A DNA stretch of 64,000 nucleotides from an uncultured bacterium (GTDB lineage Bacteria; Hydrothermota; Tepidihabitantia; Tepidihabitantales; Tepidihabitantaceae). Location: the NCBI GenBank assembly GCA_964590395.1, contig CAZPVT010000005.1, positions 116,387 through 180,386 of the forward strand. Direction: 5' to 3'. Shown here piece by piece: positions 1 through 9,815 of this stretch. A model generated the notes under the pieces. It saw only the letters and a program-made list of their open reading frames with translations. It had not been told where the DNA came from and did not search any database. Both the position numbers and the translations under genes were made by a program. The first letter of the stretch is position 1. Every line of letters begins with the position of its first letter.

Positions 1-2
1 CC

Positions 3-1418
3 GGCCTACCCGGGGCGCTTGTTGACAATTCGGTGCGAGTACGGGCAGAGGGTTTGAAACTTGGTGAGGTGCAGATAAAAAGGGGTTATTTGGCTGAACC
101 GACCCCAGAGGTCAAACGGCTGGAGCAAAGGGTGAGGATGCTTGAGGACAGTAGCCGGATGCTGGAGGATGAGGCAGTGGTGCTTAAAGCCAAGGAGGAG
201 TTTTTAAATTCAATAAAACTCGGCGCACCGGAGGTCATCGCCAAGGAACTACAGCAGGGTAAGGTTGCGCCAGAATCCTGGCGCGGTGCGCTTTCATTCA
301 TTGGCGAAGAGTTGAGTCGAGTAAAAGCAAGGCAATTGGGGTTGAAAAGAGCGCAGGAGGAGCTAAAGAAACGTTTAGATGCGGCAAGACAGGAACTGGA
401 GGAAATGAGGGCATTGGTGGAAAACCGTAAGGAATTGATGGTAGCGGTTGAAGGAGAGCCGGGTTTACATCAGATTTCATTTTCCTATGCAATACCTGGG
501 GGGGCGGATTGGCAGCCGTATTACGAACTGCGTGCCGAGCCAGGGAGAAGGATGGTTAATCTCGCTTATTTTGCCCGGGTCAGTCAGCGGACCGGTGAGG
601 ACTGGGAGGATGTTAAGTTGATACTTTCTACTGGTGAGCCGACACCAGCGATAGCACCACCCGAGCCATTTCCCTGGTATCTTGATATAATTGAGGAGAC
701 ATTTCGGGTAAAAAGATTGCCGACACCCGGAGCGATGGCTGAAACGCAGGTGGTATTAGAGGGGTTGTCAGAAGATGCGGTTACACCAGTTGAAACCGGG
801 ATTTCACTACTGTATGTGATTCCAGGGAAAATTAGTTTAAAATCAGGGGAGGGTGCGAAAAAACTGCCTTTGGTCCAGGTTTCATTACCTACCGAGTTTG
901 AGTTTTATACATTACCCCGTTCCAGAGAAAATGCCTTTCTGACCGGCAGGATGGTTAACACCAGTCAGTTTCTCTTTATTGGTGGTGAGGCAAATACCTA
1001 TGTTGGTGAGGAGTTCACGGGTACAACCGCACTGGCAAGTATTGCGCCGCAGGATTCACTGGTGATTGGGTTTGGTATTGATGAGAGGGTGAAGGTAAAG
1101 AGGGAGCTGGTGAAGACTTTTAAGTCAACGAGCGGTCTTTTGGGCAAAACCGAGCGGATCAATTTTGTTTATCGTACAACGGTAGAAAACTACCACCCCC
1201 AGAAGGTCAAAATTAAAATAATTGAGCAGGTGCCGGTATCGCGCCAGAAAGAGATTAAGGTAACGGTTACCATGATTGAGCCGAGATATCAGGAGTATAA
1301 TGAGAACGATGGTACTTATACCTATCTGGTAGATTTGAGAAACGGGGAGAAATTGGAAGTCAATCTGGAGTTTAATGTTGAATATCCCAAAGGGAAGAAA
1401 ATAAGCGGGTTGTATTAA
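3..1418 (+). CDS. Conserved hypothetical protein, DUF4139-like, N-terminal coiled-coil. The ORF is open to the window edge (first in-frame start is GTG at 33), so it is probably 5'-truncated.
   Basis: 461-aa ORF. Coiled-coil N-terminal part, then a beta-rich C-terminal part. Motifs TGEDWEDVKLILSTGEP and PGKISL resemble the DUF4139/DUF4140 family as I recall it. Confidence 0.4.
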   Translation, partial: GLPGALVDNSVRVRAEGLKLGEVQIKRGYLAEPTPEVKRLEQRVRMLEDSSRMLEDEAVVLKAKEEFLNSIKLGAPEVIAKELQQGKVAPESWRGALSFIGEELSRVKARQLGLKRAQEELKKRLDAARQELEEMRALVENRKELMVAVEGEPGLHQISFSYAIPGGADWQPYYELRAEPGRRMVNLAYFARVSQRTGEDWEDVKLILSTGEPTPAIAPPEPFPWYLDIIEETFRVKRLPTPGAMAETQVVLEGLSEDAVTPVETGISLLYVIPGKISLKSGEGAKKLPLVQVSLPTEFEFYTLPRSRENAFLTGRMVNTSQFLFIGGEANTYVGEEFTGTTALASIAPQDSLVIGFGIDERVKVKRELVKTFKSTSGLLGKTERINFVYRTTVENYHPQKVKIKIIEQVPVSRQKEIKVTVTMIEPRYQEYNENDGTYTYLVDLRNGEKLEVNLEFNVEYPKGKKISGLY

Positions 1419-1444
1419 ACGGAAAATCTGAAATTTAATTCCGT

Positions 1445-2734
1445 ATGATTACGGTGATCGGTGCGGGGTTGTCGGGTTGCGAAGCCGCATTGCAGTGTGC
1501 CCGTGCCGGGCTACGGGTAAGAGTTTATGAGATGCGGCCGGGAAAGATGACCCCGGCACACCGGACCGATAATGTCGCGGAACTGGTCTGTTCTAATTCG
1601 TTGAAATCCGAAGAATTGACCAATGCCCACGGCTTATTGAAAGCGGAGTTAAAAATTTTTGGTTCAGTTTTGCTGGGTTGTGCTGAGAAGGCACGTATTC
1701 CCGGGGGCAAGGCGTTAGTAGTTGACCGGGTGATATTTTCTCAAATGGTTGAACAGAAGTTGCAGGAGTTCGGTGTGGAGCTCGTGCGCGAGGAGATAAC
1801 CGAAATACCGGCAGGGATGGTAATAATCGCTACCGGTCCATTGACATCAGATGGTTTGGTTCAGCAACTAATAACTCTGGTGGGAGCACGCCGACTATTC
1901 TTCTATGATGCGATTGCACCGATCGTTGATGCTGAGTCTTTGAATATGGAGCGAATCTTTACCGGCTCCCGGTACGGTAAGGGTGATGACTATTTGAACT
2001 GTCCACTCACCGAGAATGAATATAACCTTCTGGTAAGTGAACTTGCCAGTGCCGAGGTTTATCCCGGGCACAGTTTTGAACAGATTCCTTTCTTTGAAGG
2101 CTGTCTGCCGGTGGAGGAACTTGCGCGCCGAGAAAGGCTTGCTTTAGCGTTTGGTCCACTGAAACCGGTGGGACTTGTGGATCCGCATACTGGCAGGATG
2201 CCATTTGCGGTGGTCCAGTTGCGTCGGGAAAATAGTGCCGGGACGATGTTCAATATGGTTGGTTTTCAGACCCGGCTCAAATGGGCAGAGCAGGAAAGGA
2301 TATTCCGTTTGATACCGGGGTTGGAGCGGGTAGAATTCCTTCGTTACGGTAGTATTCATCGGAATACTTTCCTTTATAGCCCGGAGATCCTTTTACCAAC
2401 ACTGCAGACAAAGATTCGTCCGGATCTGTTTATTGCCGGTCAGCTGTGCGGGGTGGAGGGGTATGTGGAGGCGATCGCGACCGGCATGATCGCTGGCATC
2501 AACGCTAGCCGTTTTCAACTGGGCAAACCGCCGGTTATTCCTTCTGAACAGACAATTTTAGGGGCGCTTCTTAAATATATCACTACCCCAAGGGCTGACT
2601 TTCAGCCGATGAACGCTAACTTTGGTCTTATCACACCTCCGAAAAACCGTTTGCGTGGAATTAAAAAACGGTTTGTGCTTGCCCACAGCGCAATAGCGGA
2701 GGCGGAGAGGTTTCTTCAGAAAATAATCGGTTAA
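1445..2734 (+). CDS. trmFO: Methylenetetrahydrofolate--tRNA-(uracil54-C5)-methyltransferase TrmFO (Gid)
   Basis: N-terminal FAD-binding GxGxxG (VIGAGLSGCEAA). Full-length similarity to TrmFO, including the C-terminal GQLxGVEGYVEA region. 429 aa. Confidence 0.85.
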   Translation: MITVIGAGLSGCEAALQCARAGLRVRVYEMRPGKMTPAHRTDNVAELVCSNSLKSEELTNAHGLLKAELKIFGSVLLGCAEKARIPGGKALVVDRVIFSQMVEQKLQEFGVELVREEITEIPAGMVIIATGPLTSDGLVQQLITLVGARRLFFYDAIAPIVDAESLNMERIFTGSRYGKGDDYLNCPLTENEYNLLVSELASAEVYPGHSFEQIPFFEGCLPVEELARRERLALAFGPLKPVGLVDPHTGRMPFAVVQLRRENSAGTMFNMVGFQTRLKWAEQERIFRLIPGLERVEFLRYGSIHRNTFLYSPEILLPTLQTKIRPDLFIAGQLCGVEGYVEAIATGMIAGINASRFQLGKPPVIPSEQTILGALLKYITTPRADFQPMNANFGLITPPKNRLRGIKKRFVLAHSAIAEAERFLQKIIG

Positions 2735-2737
2735 GGC

Positions 2738-5713
2738 TTATCTTTTCTTAAAATTCAACCTATTAGACCCGATAATCGTTACCGTATTGGAGTTATAGTT
2801 GGCGATATAGACCTTGTTATCACTGGTGTTGGTGCATATAGCAGAGGGATTTTCGCCAACAGGGATCGTTTTTTCAACATAGTTACTCGCGCCGTCGATC
2901 ATAGTAACGTTTCCGTTGTCATAGTTGGCAGCATAGACCTTGTTCACCCATCCTGCCCAGACAACACTGCGGGGATGGATGCCGGTATTGATATAGGTAT
3001 AGACGGTATAATTGTTAACATCAATAACCGTTAGGTCATTGGTAGCAGAATTGGCACAGTACAGACGGCTATCCGTCGGGTTTACTGCCAAGGCATAGGG
3101 TTCGTTACCAACCGTAATTGTGGTGATGACGTTCTGATTGGCACCGTTGATGATTGTGATCCGTCCCGCGGTGCCGCTGGCACGGTTTGCGACAGCAACA
3201 TTATGACGGTTGTCAACGATCAGTGTACAGGGCTGGAGATAGGCATTGACGGTACCGATTACATTATTGGTTGCGCCATCAATTACCGTTACATTATTAC
3301 GGGCGAAGTTAGCGCAGTAGATTTTATTGTACTCCGGGCTATAGACCAAGGCGACAGGGTTAGTGTCGACAGGAACAGTAGTTATGACTTGATTGTTGTT
3401 GCCATCGATAACTGTTACTGAAGCGGAACGGTAGTTACTTACATAAACCCGATTGTTGTTGGAGTTAAAGCAGACTGCCCTTGGATTTGTTCCGACCGGA
3501 ACGGTAGCGACTACCTCATTGCTTGCTCCGTCAATTATCGTAACCGAGTTACTGCCATAATTAGTGACATAAACCTTGCCGTTGTTGGTGTTGAGACACA
3601 GATTATACGGGAATCGACCAACGCGGATAGTGGTGATAACCTGGTTGGATGTACCATCAATAACCGTAACACTGGAGTCGTTGTAATTGGCAACGAATAT
3701 TTTGTTGTGGATGCTGTCCCAGAGCAGTGCTCGTGGTTTTGCTCCTACAGTGACGGTTGCGATTACAGTATCAGGCGGACCGCTGGATTGCGCGACAGTA
3801 AATAACTCGCTAAGCCCTTGGGTCATATGTTCACCACACCAAGCCCTGATTGCGATCCTTGCCTGATTGGTCGGTGGTGACGGAACTGCCCAGGCAAACT
3901 GTCCGGGCTGGGTTGTCATACCTTGACGTTGCCAGTCAACACCACCGTTGGTGGAGTAATAAATTACCGTTGATTCCATTCCGGCAAAGGTGCCACCGGT
4001 CCAGGTTATCTGCTGAATTGAACCGACGAGCCAGCGGCTCTCCGCGGTGGGTGAGGTTACGGTAATTGGTGAAGGCGGTAACGAGTCGTAGATTACATAG
4101 CGCGCACTGATTCCAGCAGTAGATAGGGTGTCAAGATAGGCGCGGACCTGAACGCGCGCCATTTCGGTAGCCGGACTTGGTACACGCCAGTTGTAACTCT
4201 GGGGTTGGGTTGCTCTGCCATGCCGTAGCCAGTTGTTCCCGTCATCGGTAGAGTAAAAGACGACAACCGAGTCCGGGGTCCTTGGACCACCGGTCCAAGT
4301 GATTGTCTGAACAGAACCTTCACGCCAGCGCGTCTGGGCATTGGGCTGGGTAATGGTGATCGGCGGTAGTCCTTCAATAATTTTGAATGTCGCACTGAGC
4401 CCGGTTGTCGAGGAGTCAAGACAGAATGCGGTAACCCTTATCCTTGCCTGATTGGTCGGTGGTGATGGAACTGTCCAGCGGAACCTATCACCCGGACGGG
4501 TGATTTTACCGATTTTCTGCCAGGTTGTGCCGTTGTTGGTTGAGTAATAAAGAACCGAGGAGTCCATTCCTAATAGTGTTCCACCGGTCCAGGTAATCTC
4601 ATAGTTAGAGCCGATTAACCATTCTGAGGTGGAGTCAGGAGATGTTATTGTGATCGGTGAAGGTTTATTCTGGTCATAGATTTCGTAAGCAGTGGAAGTG
4701 CCAGTAGCGGTATCGCCGGATAAAAACATCCGCACCTCAATGCGGGCGGTTGGTGTAGCGGGTTCCGGGACATTCCAGGTGTAACTGCCGGATTGGATGG
4801 CAATTCCATGCCTGAGCCAGTTAGCACCACTGTCGGTTGAATAGTAGATTACAACCGAGTCAGCGGCAAGCGATTGCTGGGTTTTGCCGAGTGAACTTGA
4901 TAATAGTTGATACTCGCTCCTTTTTTTAATAAATCTCTGGTCAACTCCACCTGTCCAGAGGATTGTTTGTTGGGAGTTTACCCGCCAGCGGGTTGTGTCG
5001 TTTGGTTCGAGAACTCTGATTGCCGGACAAGTTTTAAACTGCCAGAGTGGTCCGGCTGTGGTTGTACCGTGTTGGTCCCGGGCGACTACCTGCCAGTAAT
5101 AGGTTGAGTCATATTCTAATCTGGCTGTTGTATAACTGGTTTGATTATGTCCAGAAATTAATAATGGTGGTGGCGAGGTTGTGCCTAAATAGATATCATA
5201 ATAAACAGTGTCATTAGTGTCAGGGTCACCACCTGTCCAAGATAAGGTCAGACGGATAAATAACCCGGATGCACCGGACTCGGGCGTAGGATTAGACGGG
5301 GTAAAGGGTGGGTTATTTGCTTGGGCGATGGTCGTGAACGACCAGATCGGACTGGCTGCGGTTTCGCCGCAGCGGTCTTGAGCAACAATTCGCCAGTAGT
5401 ATCGGGCAAGGAGATTAAGGTTTCTGGGGCGGTAAAATGTGTCGACTATGCCCGAATCCCGGACCGGTGGAGGCGAGCTGGTGCCGAGGTAGATGTAGTA
5501 TTTCAGACTGTCCAGGCTGTCCGGATCCGAGCAGGTCCAACGCAAAACCACACTGGTGTCAATACTCACGGCGGAACTATCCGGGAAAACTAGGCGAGGA
5601 CGGTTGGGTGGATGGTTATTAGCCGGGTCAAACGGGTTATTCCACTTCCGACACAGTATGAACAAAAGTCCAGCTGTAATAATTATAAAAATGATGGATA
5701 ACGGTTTTTTCAT
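2738..5713 (-). CDS. Large secreted/surface protein with tandem Fn3/Ig-like beta-sandwich repeats and about 9 YVTN-type beta-propeller repeats
   Basis: 991 aa. N-terminal signal/TM (IIFIIITAGLLFILC). Repeated units WSFTT / WQFKT / YYSTDxGxxW. Many copies of the N-x-VYVxNYxSNxVTVIDGxxNxVxxTIPVG motif (YVTN family). Confidence 0.7.
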   Translation of the reverse strand: MKKPLSIIFIIITAGLLFILCRKWNNPFDPANNHPPNRPRLVFPDSSAVSIDTSVVLRWTCSDPDSLDSLKYYIYLGTSSPPPVRDSGIVDTFYRPRNLNLLARYYWRIVAQDRCGETAASPIWSFTTIAQANNPPFTPSNPTPESGASGLFIRLTLSWTGGDPDTNDTVYYDIYLGTTSPPPLLISGHNQTSYTTARLEYDSTYYWQVVARDQHGTTTAGPLWQFKTCPAIRVLEPNDTTRWRVNSQQTILWTGGVDQRFIKKRSEYQLLSSSLGKTQQSLAADSVVIYYSTDSGANWLRHGIAIQSGSYTWNVPEPATPTARIEVRMFLSGDTATGTSTAYEIYDQNKPSPITITSPDSTSEWLIGSNYEITWTGGTLLGMDSSVLYYSTNNGTTWQKIGKITRPGDRFRWTVPSPPTNQARIRVTAFCLDSSTTGLSATFKIIEGLPPITITQPNAQTRWREGSVQTITWTGGPRTPDSVVVFYSTDDGNNWLRHGRATQPQSYNWRVPSPATEMARVQVRAYLDTLSTAGISARYVIYDSLPPSPITVTSPTAESRWLVGSIQQITWTGGTFAGMESTVIYYSTNGGVDWQRQGMTTQPGQFAWAVPSPPTNQARIAIRAWCGEHMTQGLSELFTVAQSSGPPDTVIATVTVGAKPRALLWDSIHNKIFVANYNDSSVTVIDGTSNQVITTIRVGRFPYNLCLNTNNGKVYVTNYGSNSVTIIDGASNEVVATVPVGTNPRAVCFNSNNNRVYVSNYRSASVTVIDGNNNQVITTVPVDTNPVALVYSPEYNKIYCANFARNNVTVIDGATNNVIGTVNAYLQPCTLIVDNRHNVAVANRASGTAGRITIINGANQNVITTITVGNEPYALAVNPTDSRLYCANSATNDLTVIDVNNYTVYTYINTGIHPRSVVWAGWVNKVYAANYDNGNVTMIDGASNYVEKTIPVGENPSAICTNTSDNKVYIANYNSNTVTIIGSNRLNFKKR

Positions 5714-5716
5714 TTT

Positions 5717-6751
5717 TTACCTGATGATAAAATAAAGTCCAATGCCTACTGTTCCAATACCGAAACCGATGTTACGGATCATATCCCAGCGTTGAGTCTG
5801 ACTGCGGAACTTTGAGGCATCTTGGGAAGTGGTTGCCTGCTTGTACTGCTGATAACTGTTTTCTGCGATGAGCGCGGAAATAGCACTGATGGTAAATGAT
5901 GATAAGCCGATTATTAGCATTGGCAGTGGTCTTTTGGGAACACGGGAAAGGGTTTCGCTCACATAGGTGGTTTCGTTGGGAGAGATTTGGATGTAATTTG
6001 TCCAGTCGCGATAATTTTTTTTACTAATTACTAAGGAATAACGGTTGGGTGGTAATTCAATAAACAGTGGAGTGGTACCGATTTGTTGTTCGTTGGCATA
6101 GGCAAGTGCGCCGTCAGGTTCGGTTAGCACACTGAGAAATCCACTGGCAGGCGCCAATTTTAAATTGAGTTCCACTGGATTTGGATCCTGGAGATTGACC
6201 GTTTTGCTAACCTCGTGGTAACCGGATAGCCGAGCGCTAACCGAGTACTGGCCAAATTTTAGGCGCGAAATAGTCAGCCCTTTTTCTGTGGTTTTGCCTT
6301 TAAATGTGCCATTGAGGTAGATGTCGGCGCCGACTGGTTCAGATGTTACAATTATTGATGAATGGCGCTCGGTAATGGTAAAATTGCCATAATAGGTTTG
6401 ATAGCCGGCGAGTTTGACTTCAAGTTCGTGACGGCCCGGACTGAGATCGGTTAATTCGAGCGGTGTTTTGCCGACTTCCAGATTGTTGACGAGCACAGTT
6501 GCGCCCGCGGGTGTTGAGGTAATGGCAACCGAGTTGCCAAAAACATTGACATCCGCCCGTAAACGAGGTAATGTTGTCGGTTTGACAGCCGGTGCCGGTA
6601 ACTTTGCCCCGCAATTCTTACAGAACTTGGCGTCGTCCCGGTTGGCCGCCCCACAATTGGGACAGGTTTTTTCTGCCCAAGCAACCGAAAGCATTACCAA
6701 AATGAGGAGCAAAATTTTTAGCGCTGATTTTAGGTATCCCAGGTTATGCAT
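5717..6751 (-). CDS. Zinc-ribbon + PEGA-domain membrane protein with a C-terminal TM anchor
   Basis: Hydrophobic N-terminal segment, then a CPNCG...CKNCG zinc-ribbon, then repeated PEGA-like units (PEGAxVxLNG-like: GATVLVNN..VGKTP, GADIYLNG..KGKT). C-terminal TM helix. An alternative internal Met start would place the zinc ribbon at the extreme N-terminus. Confidence 0.6.
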   Translation of the reverse strand: MHNLGYLKSALKILLLILVMLSVAWAEKTCPNCGAANRDDAKFCKNCGAKLPAPAVKPTTLPRLRADVNVFGNSVAITSTPAGATVLVNNLEVGKTPLELTDLSPGRHELEVKLAGYQTYYGNFTITERHSSIIVTSEPVGADIYLNGTFKGKTTEKGLTISRLKFGQYSVSARLSGYHEVSKTVNLQDPNPVELNLKLAPASGFLSVLTEPDGALAYANEQQIGTTPLFIELPPNRYSLVISKKNYRDWTNYIQISPNETTYVSETLSRVPKRPLPMLIIGLSSFTISAISALIAENSYQQYKQATTSQDASKFRSQTQRWDMIRNIGFGIGTVGIGLYFIIR

Positions 6752-6762
6752 AACTATCTCCC

Positions 6763-8034
6763 TTATTCAACGAACCGAAACCCGCAGACGGTACAGAATT
6801 GTGCCCCGATTTCCCTTCTTGTGCCACATTGGGGGCAGGTGGCTCTGCCGGCAGCAATTTTTATCCTTATCGGCGTCCGGGTTTTGATTTTGGTACCTGG
6901 TTTCGGTTCCGAATTAATGGCATTACCGATGGCAATTTCGTCATTATACTCATTGATAAAAATTATGCTATCTAGTCCTTGTTCCCGCAAGATTTTAGTC
7001 ACCTCCAACTTCGGTAGATTGGTAATTGATGGCACCACGACCATACCCGTGCTTAACCTTACCTGCACCTTGGCACCCTTTTTTATCCTTTGGCCGGGTT
7101 TCGGGTTCTGTTCCACCACCTTACCCATTGTCGCGGTATCATCCTTGTCTGGACCAAGTCCATAAACAAAACCTGCTCGTTCTAAAGTTTGTTGAGCCTC
7201 AGTATAGTAAAGTCCGACGACATTGGGAGTGGGCTTTTTATTAAAACTTATCAACACAAACGTCACCGCCGCACCTAAAACACTCAAGATCACCGCTGTC
7301 AGCCAGATGCCGGTTTTTTTCCCCGTTTTCGCAGCAACTGCCACAGGTACTGCTGGAGTTTGGACGGGTGCAGTTTGAGCCCGGGTCGGTGCTGGCTTTG
7401 GTGGTGGCGGTTTGACCGGTGGTTGTTTAGGTGGTTCTTTTATCGGCTTCGGCTGAGCAGGGACCTGAACTGAAGATGGAGGGGGCGTGGGTTGTTTAGG
7501 CGGAGACTCTTTGGGTGTCGGTTTTGGTAACAGTTCGGTAAGTGCGGAACGGAACTCGCGGGCGTTCTGAAAGCGCTGAGCAGGGTCTTTAGCCAGCGCC
7601 CGCATAATGATCTGTTCCAGTTCCTTGGGGATGTCGGGCTTGAAGGTGCTGGGCTTGGGCGGTGGCTGGCTGATGTGCGCCTGAATCAATTCGGCGCCGA
7701 TTTCCGCATCAAATGGTGGACGGCCAGCAACTGCTTCGTAAAGGACAACACCGAGCGAATAGAGGTCAGCCCGGGCGTCGATATCCCGACGTTGCGCCCT
7801 TTCCGGCGCGATATAGCGCGCGGTGCTGATTTTCGAGATACCGTAGTCAGCGAGGCGCCATACCTTATCTTCCACCTGGATGATTTTTTTAGGTTTGATG
7901 TCGCCATGGAGTTTTCCTTGGTTGTGTGCCTGGTGCAGGTCATCAAGCACTGAAGAGAATATGTTGATCAGTTCGGGCAGGGGTAGGACCCGGCGCTCAC
8001 TCAGCAGATCCGCAAGCGTTAATTCCCGCGCCAT
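6763..8034 (-). CDS. Ser/Thr-kinase-like (C-lobe only) PASTA-domain membrane protein with a C-terminal zinc ribbon. Probably a pseudokinase.
   Basis: Begins at the kinase hinge/alphaD (LHQAHNQGKLHGDIKPKKI, DYG, APE, DxYSLG motifs). No Gly-loop or VAIK lysine. An in-frame stop lies 13 codons upstream of the ATG. Then a Pro-rich linker, a TM helix, two PASTA-like repeats, and CPQCG..CTVCG at the C-terminus. Confidence 0.7.
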   Translation of the reverse strand: MARELTLADLLSERRVLPLPELINIFSSVLDDLHQAHNQGKLHGDIKPKKIIQVEDKVWRLADYGISKISTARYIAPERAQRRDIDARADLYSLGVVLYEAVAGRPPFDAEIGAELIQAHISQPPPKPSTFKPDIPKELEQIIMRALAKDPAQRFQNAREFRSALTELLPKPTPKESPPKQPTPPPSSVQVPAQPKPIKEPPKQPPVKPPPPKPAPTRAQTAPVQTPAVPVAVAAKTGKKTGIWLTAVILSVLGAAVTFVLISFNKKPTPNVVGLYYTEAQQTLERAGFVYGLGPDKDDTATMGKVVEQNPKPGQRIKKGAKVQVRLSTGMVVVPSITNLPKLEVTKILREQGLDSIIFINEYNDEIAIGNAINSEPKPGTKIKTRTPIRIKIAAGRATCPQCGTRREIGAQFCTVCGFRFVE

Positions 8035-8174
8035 ACCATTTTAGAATACAGAATTTAATAACAGATGTCAACTATTTTGCGCGGATTATGGAAAATCGTA
8101 GAGTAAACGGAGTCGGCTTGTTAGAGGTTTTTCTATTTTGTCGTAACAAGAAGGAAATCCGAAGGGGGATGGAT

Positions 8175-9812
8175 TTAATGTAGGTCTTCCGGTCGGGACA
8201 CGCCGGTGGTTTTCAGGAGGTTACGGGCAATTGGTGCGTAAGGTGAGCCAGGAAATGTCCAGAGTAACTGTTTAAGGAGCTGGACCGCTCGGTTGTGGTC
8301 TTTGAGGTATTTTTGATAGATTTCTGCCTGGTTGAGTAGGGCTTTGGGTGCCAGTTCGGTACCGGGAAAACTTTGGAGGATGCTTTCCAGGGTGCTAACC
8401 GCCTCCCGATACTTGCCAGTTTCAACGAGCGCCTGGCTTAAAAGCAGTAATACGTTCTGGGTGAGGATGGTGTCTGAGGTGGAAATTTGCCGGCAGTTTT
8501 TTATACAGTTTTCATAGTCACCCGCATCATAGGCAATTAATGCGGGGATAAGTTTTTTTGCCTCTTTGCTGTTAATTGTCAATAGGCTGAGTGCGAGCGC
8601 CTCATTGAGCAGTGGGCTATCCGGAAATTGCATGGTCAATTGTTCAACTGCCGAATAGACCGAGTCAAACTTTTCCTGATAAAAGAGGAGTTTTGCCCTT
8701 AAGTAGAGGACACGGTCGTCAGGCCGATTGATGCGTGAGATAACAGAGTAAGCGCTGTCAATTTTTTGTAGTCCGAGCAGGGCAAGGGCAAGTCCGGTCA
8801 ATGCTGGGATGTTGTTGGGGCGATGGCGGAGAAACCGCTGGTAGGCAGTGACTGCTCGGGCGAAGTCGCGTAATTTTAGCCGGGCAAGTTCTGCCAGTTC
8901 GAAACTACCGGCTGGGGTCGTGTCAGTCTCCAGTAGTTTTAAAGCCTCGGTAACCTGGTCAAGTTGCCGTAATATCCGGGCGATATCGCTCGTGAGTTTC
9001 AGGTGTTGATAGATGGCTAATGCCGCTTTTAGTGCGTTCCGTTCCTCACAGTTTCGGGCAAAGAGGTAGAGTTCCTGCTGGGAGTAGTGATTTTTGAGCA
9101 GTGCGACCGCGGTTAATTCCTCGCCCGCACCGAGATATAGTTCAGCCTGGGCGCGGGCACGCAATCGGCTGTCCTTTATCCGGTTCAGGCTGTTAATGAT
9201 TTTACTCGCATCAGCCATCTTGCCATAGTTGTTAAGCCGGTCAAAAAACAGTTCGGCACGCCGGCTGTTATGGTTGATAATTTCGCTAATAACCTCTGCG
9301 GCAGCGCTGAATTTTTTACTATGTTCGTAGAGTTCTATCAGCTGTTCTGCGTAGTCCACCCGGAAAGGTGGGGTGTTTAGGGTGGGTCTGAGATAGCGGA
9401 TGGCAAGGTCGTATTCGCCCCAACGCTTGAGGAGTTCAGTCAGTTCCAGTAACCGGTCCGGGTAGTGGCGAGCAAACTCGTTTGTCCGGGTAGCCGCTTC
9501 CGCGCGGCGCTTTAGTCCGAAGAGGGCTTCGATGAAGCCCAGTTCCAGGCTCACCGCATTGGCTGGGGTCTTTTTCAATCGGTTGAGTGCCGTATAGAGG
9601 GTGTCGTACCGTTCGATCTGCCGACAGATCCGAATTAGTCCGGCAATTGCCGATAGGTCCTGCGGATTTTTTTCAACCGCCTGTTGGTAAATTTTAAGTG
9701 CAGGTTCATACTGGCCTGCCTGTTCCAGAAGTTGTGCCCGATAGAGGTCCTGGGCAAAGATGGTAATTGCCAACGTCCAGATAGTGATAATTACCGTTGT
9801 TTTATGTCCCAT
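8175..9812 (-). CDS. Tetratricopeptide-repeat (TPR) protein, secreted/periplasmic
   Basis: 545 aa. N-terminal signal peptide. Repeated 34-residue A/L/Y-rich helical hairpins throughout (AxxxYxxAL-type). Confidence 0.7.
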   Translation of the reverse strand: MGHKTTVIITIWTLAITIFAQDLYRAQLLEQAGQYEPALKIYQQAVEKNPQDLSAIAGLIRICRQIERYDTLYTALNRLKKTPANAVSLELGFIEALFGLKRRAEAATRTNEFARHYPDRLLELTELLKRWGEYDLAIRYLRPTLNTPPFRVDYAEQLIELYEHSKKFSAAAEVISEIINHNSRRAELFFDRLNNYGKMADASKIINSLNRIKDSRLRARAQAELYLGAGEELTAVALLKNHYSQQELYLFARNCEERNALKAALAIYQHLKLTSDIARILRQLDQVTEALKLLETDTTPAGSFELAELARLKLRDFARAVTAYQRFLRHRPNNIPALTGLALALLGLQKIDSAYSVISRINRPDDRVLYLRAKLLFYQEKFDSVYSAVEQLTMQFPDSPLLNEALALSLLTINSKEAKKLIPALIAYDAGDYENCIKNCRQISTSDTILTQNVLLLLSQALVETGKYREAVSTLESILQSFPGTELAPKALLNQAEIYQKYLKDHNRAVQLLKQLLWTFPGSPYAPIARNLLKTTGVSRPEDLH

Positions 9813-9815
9813 ACT

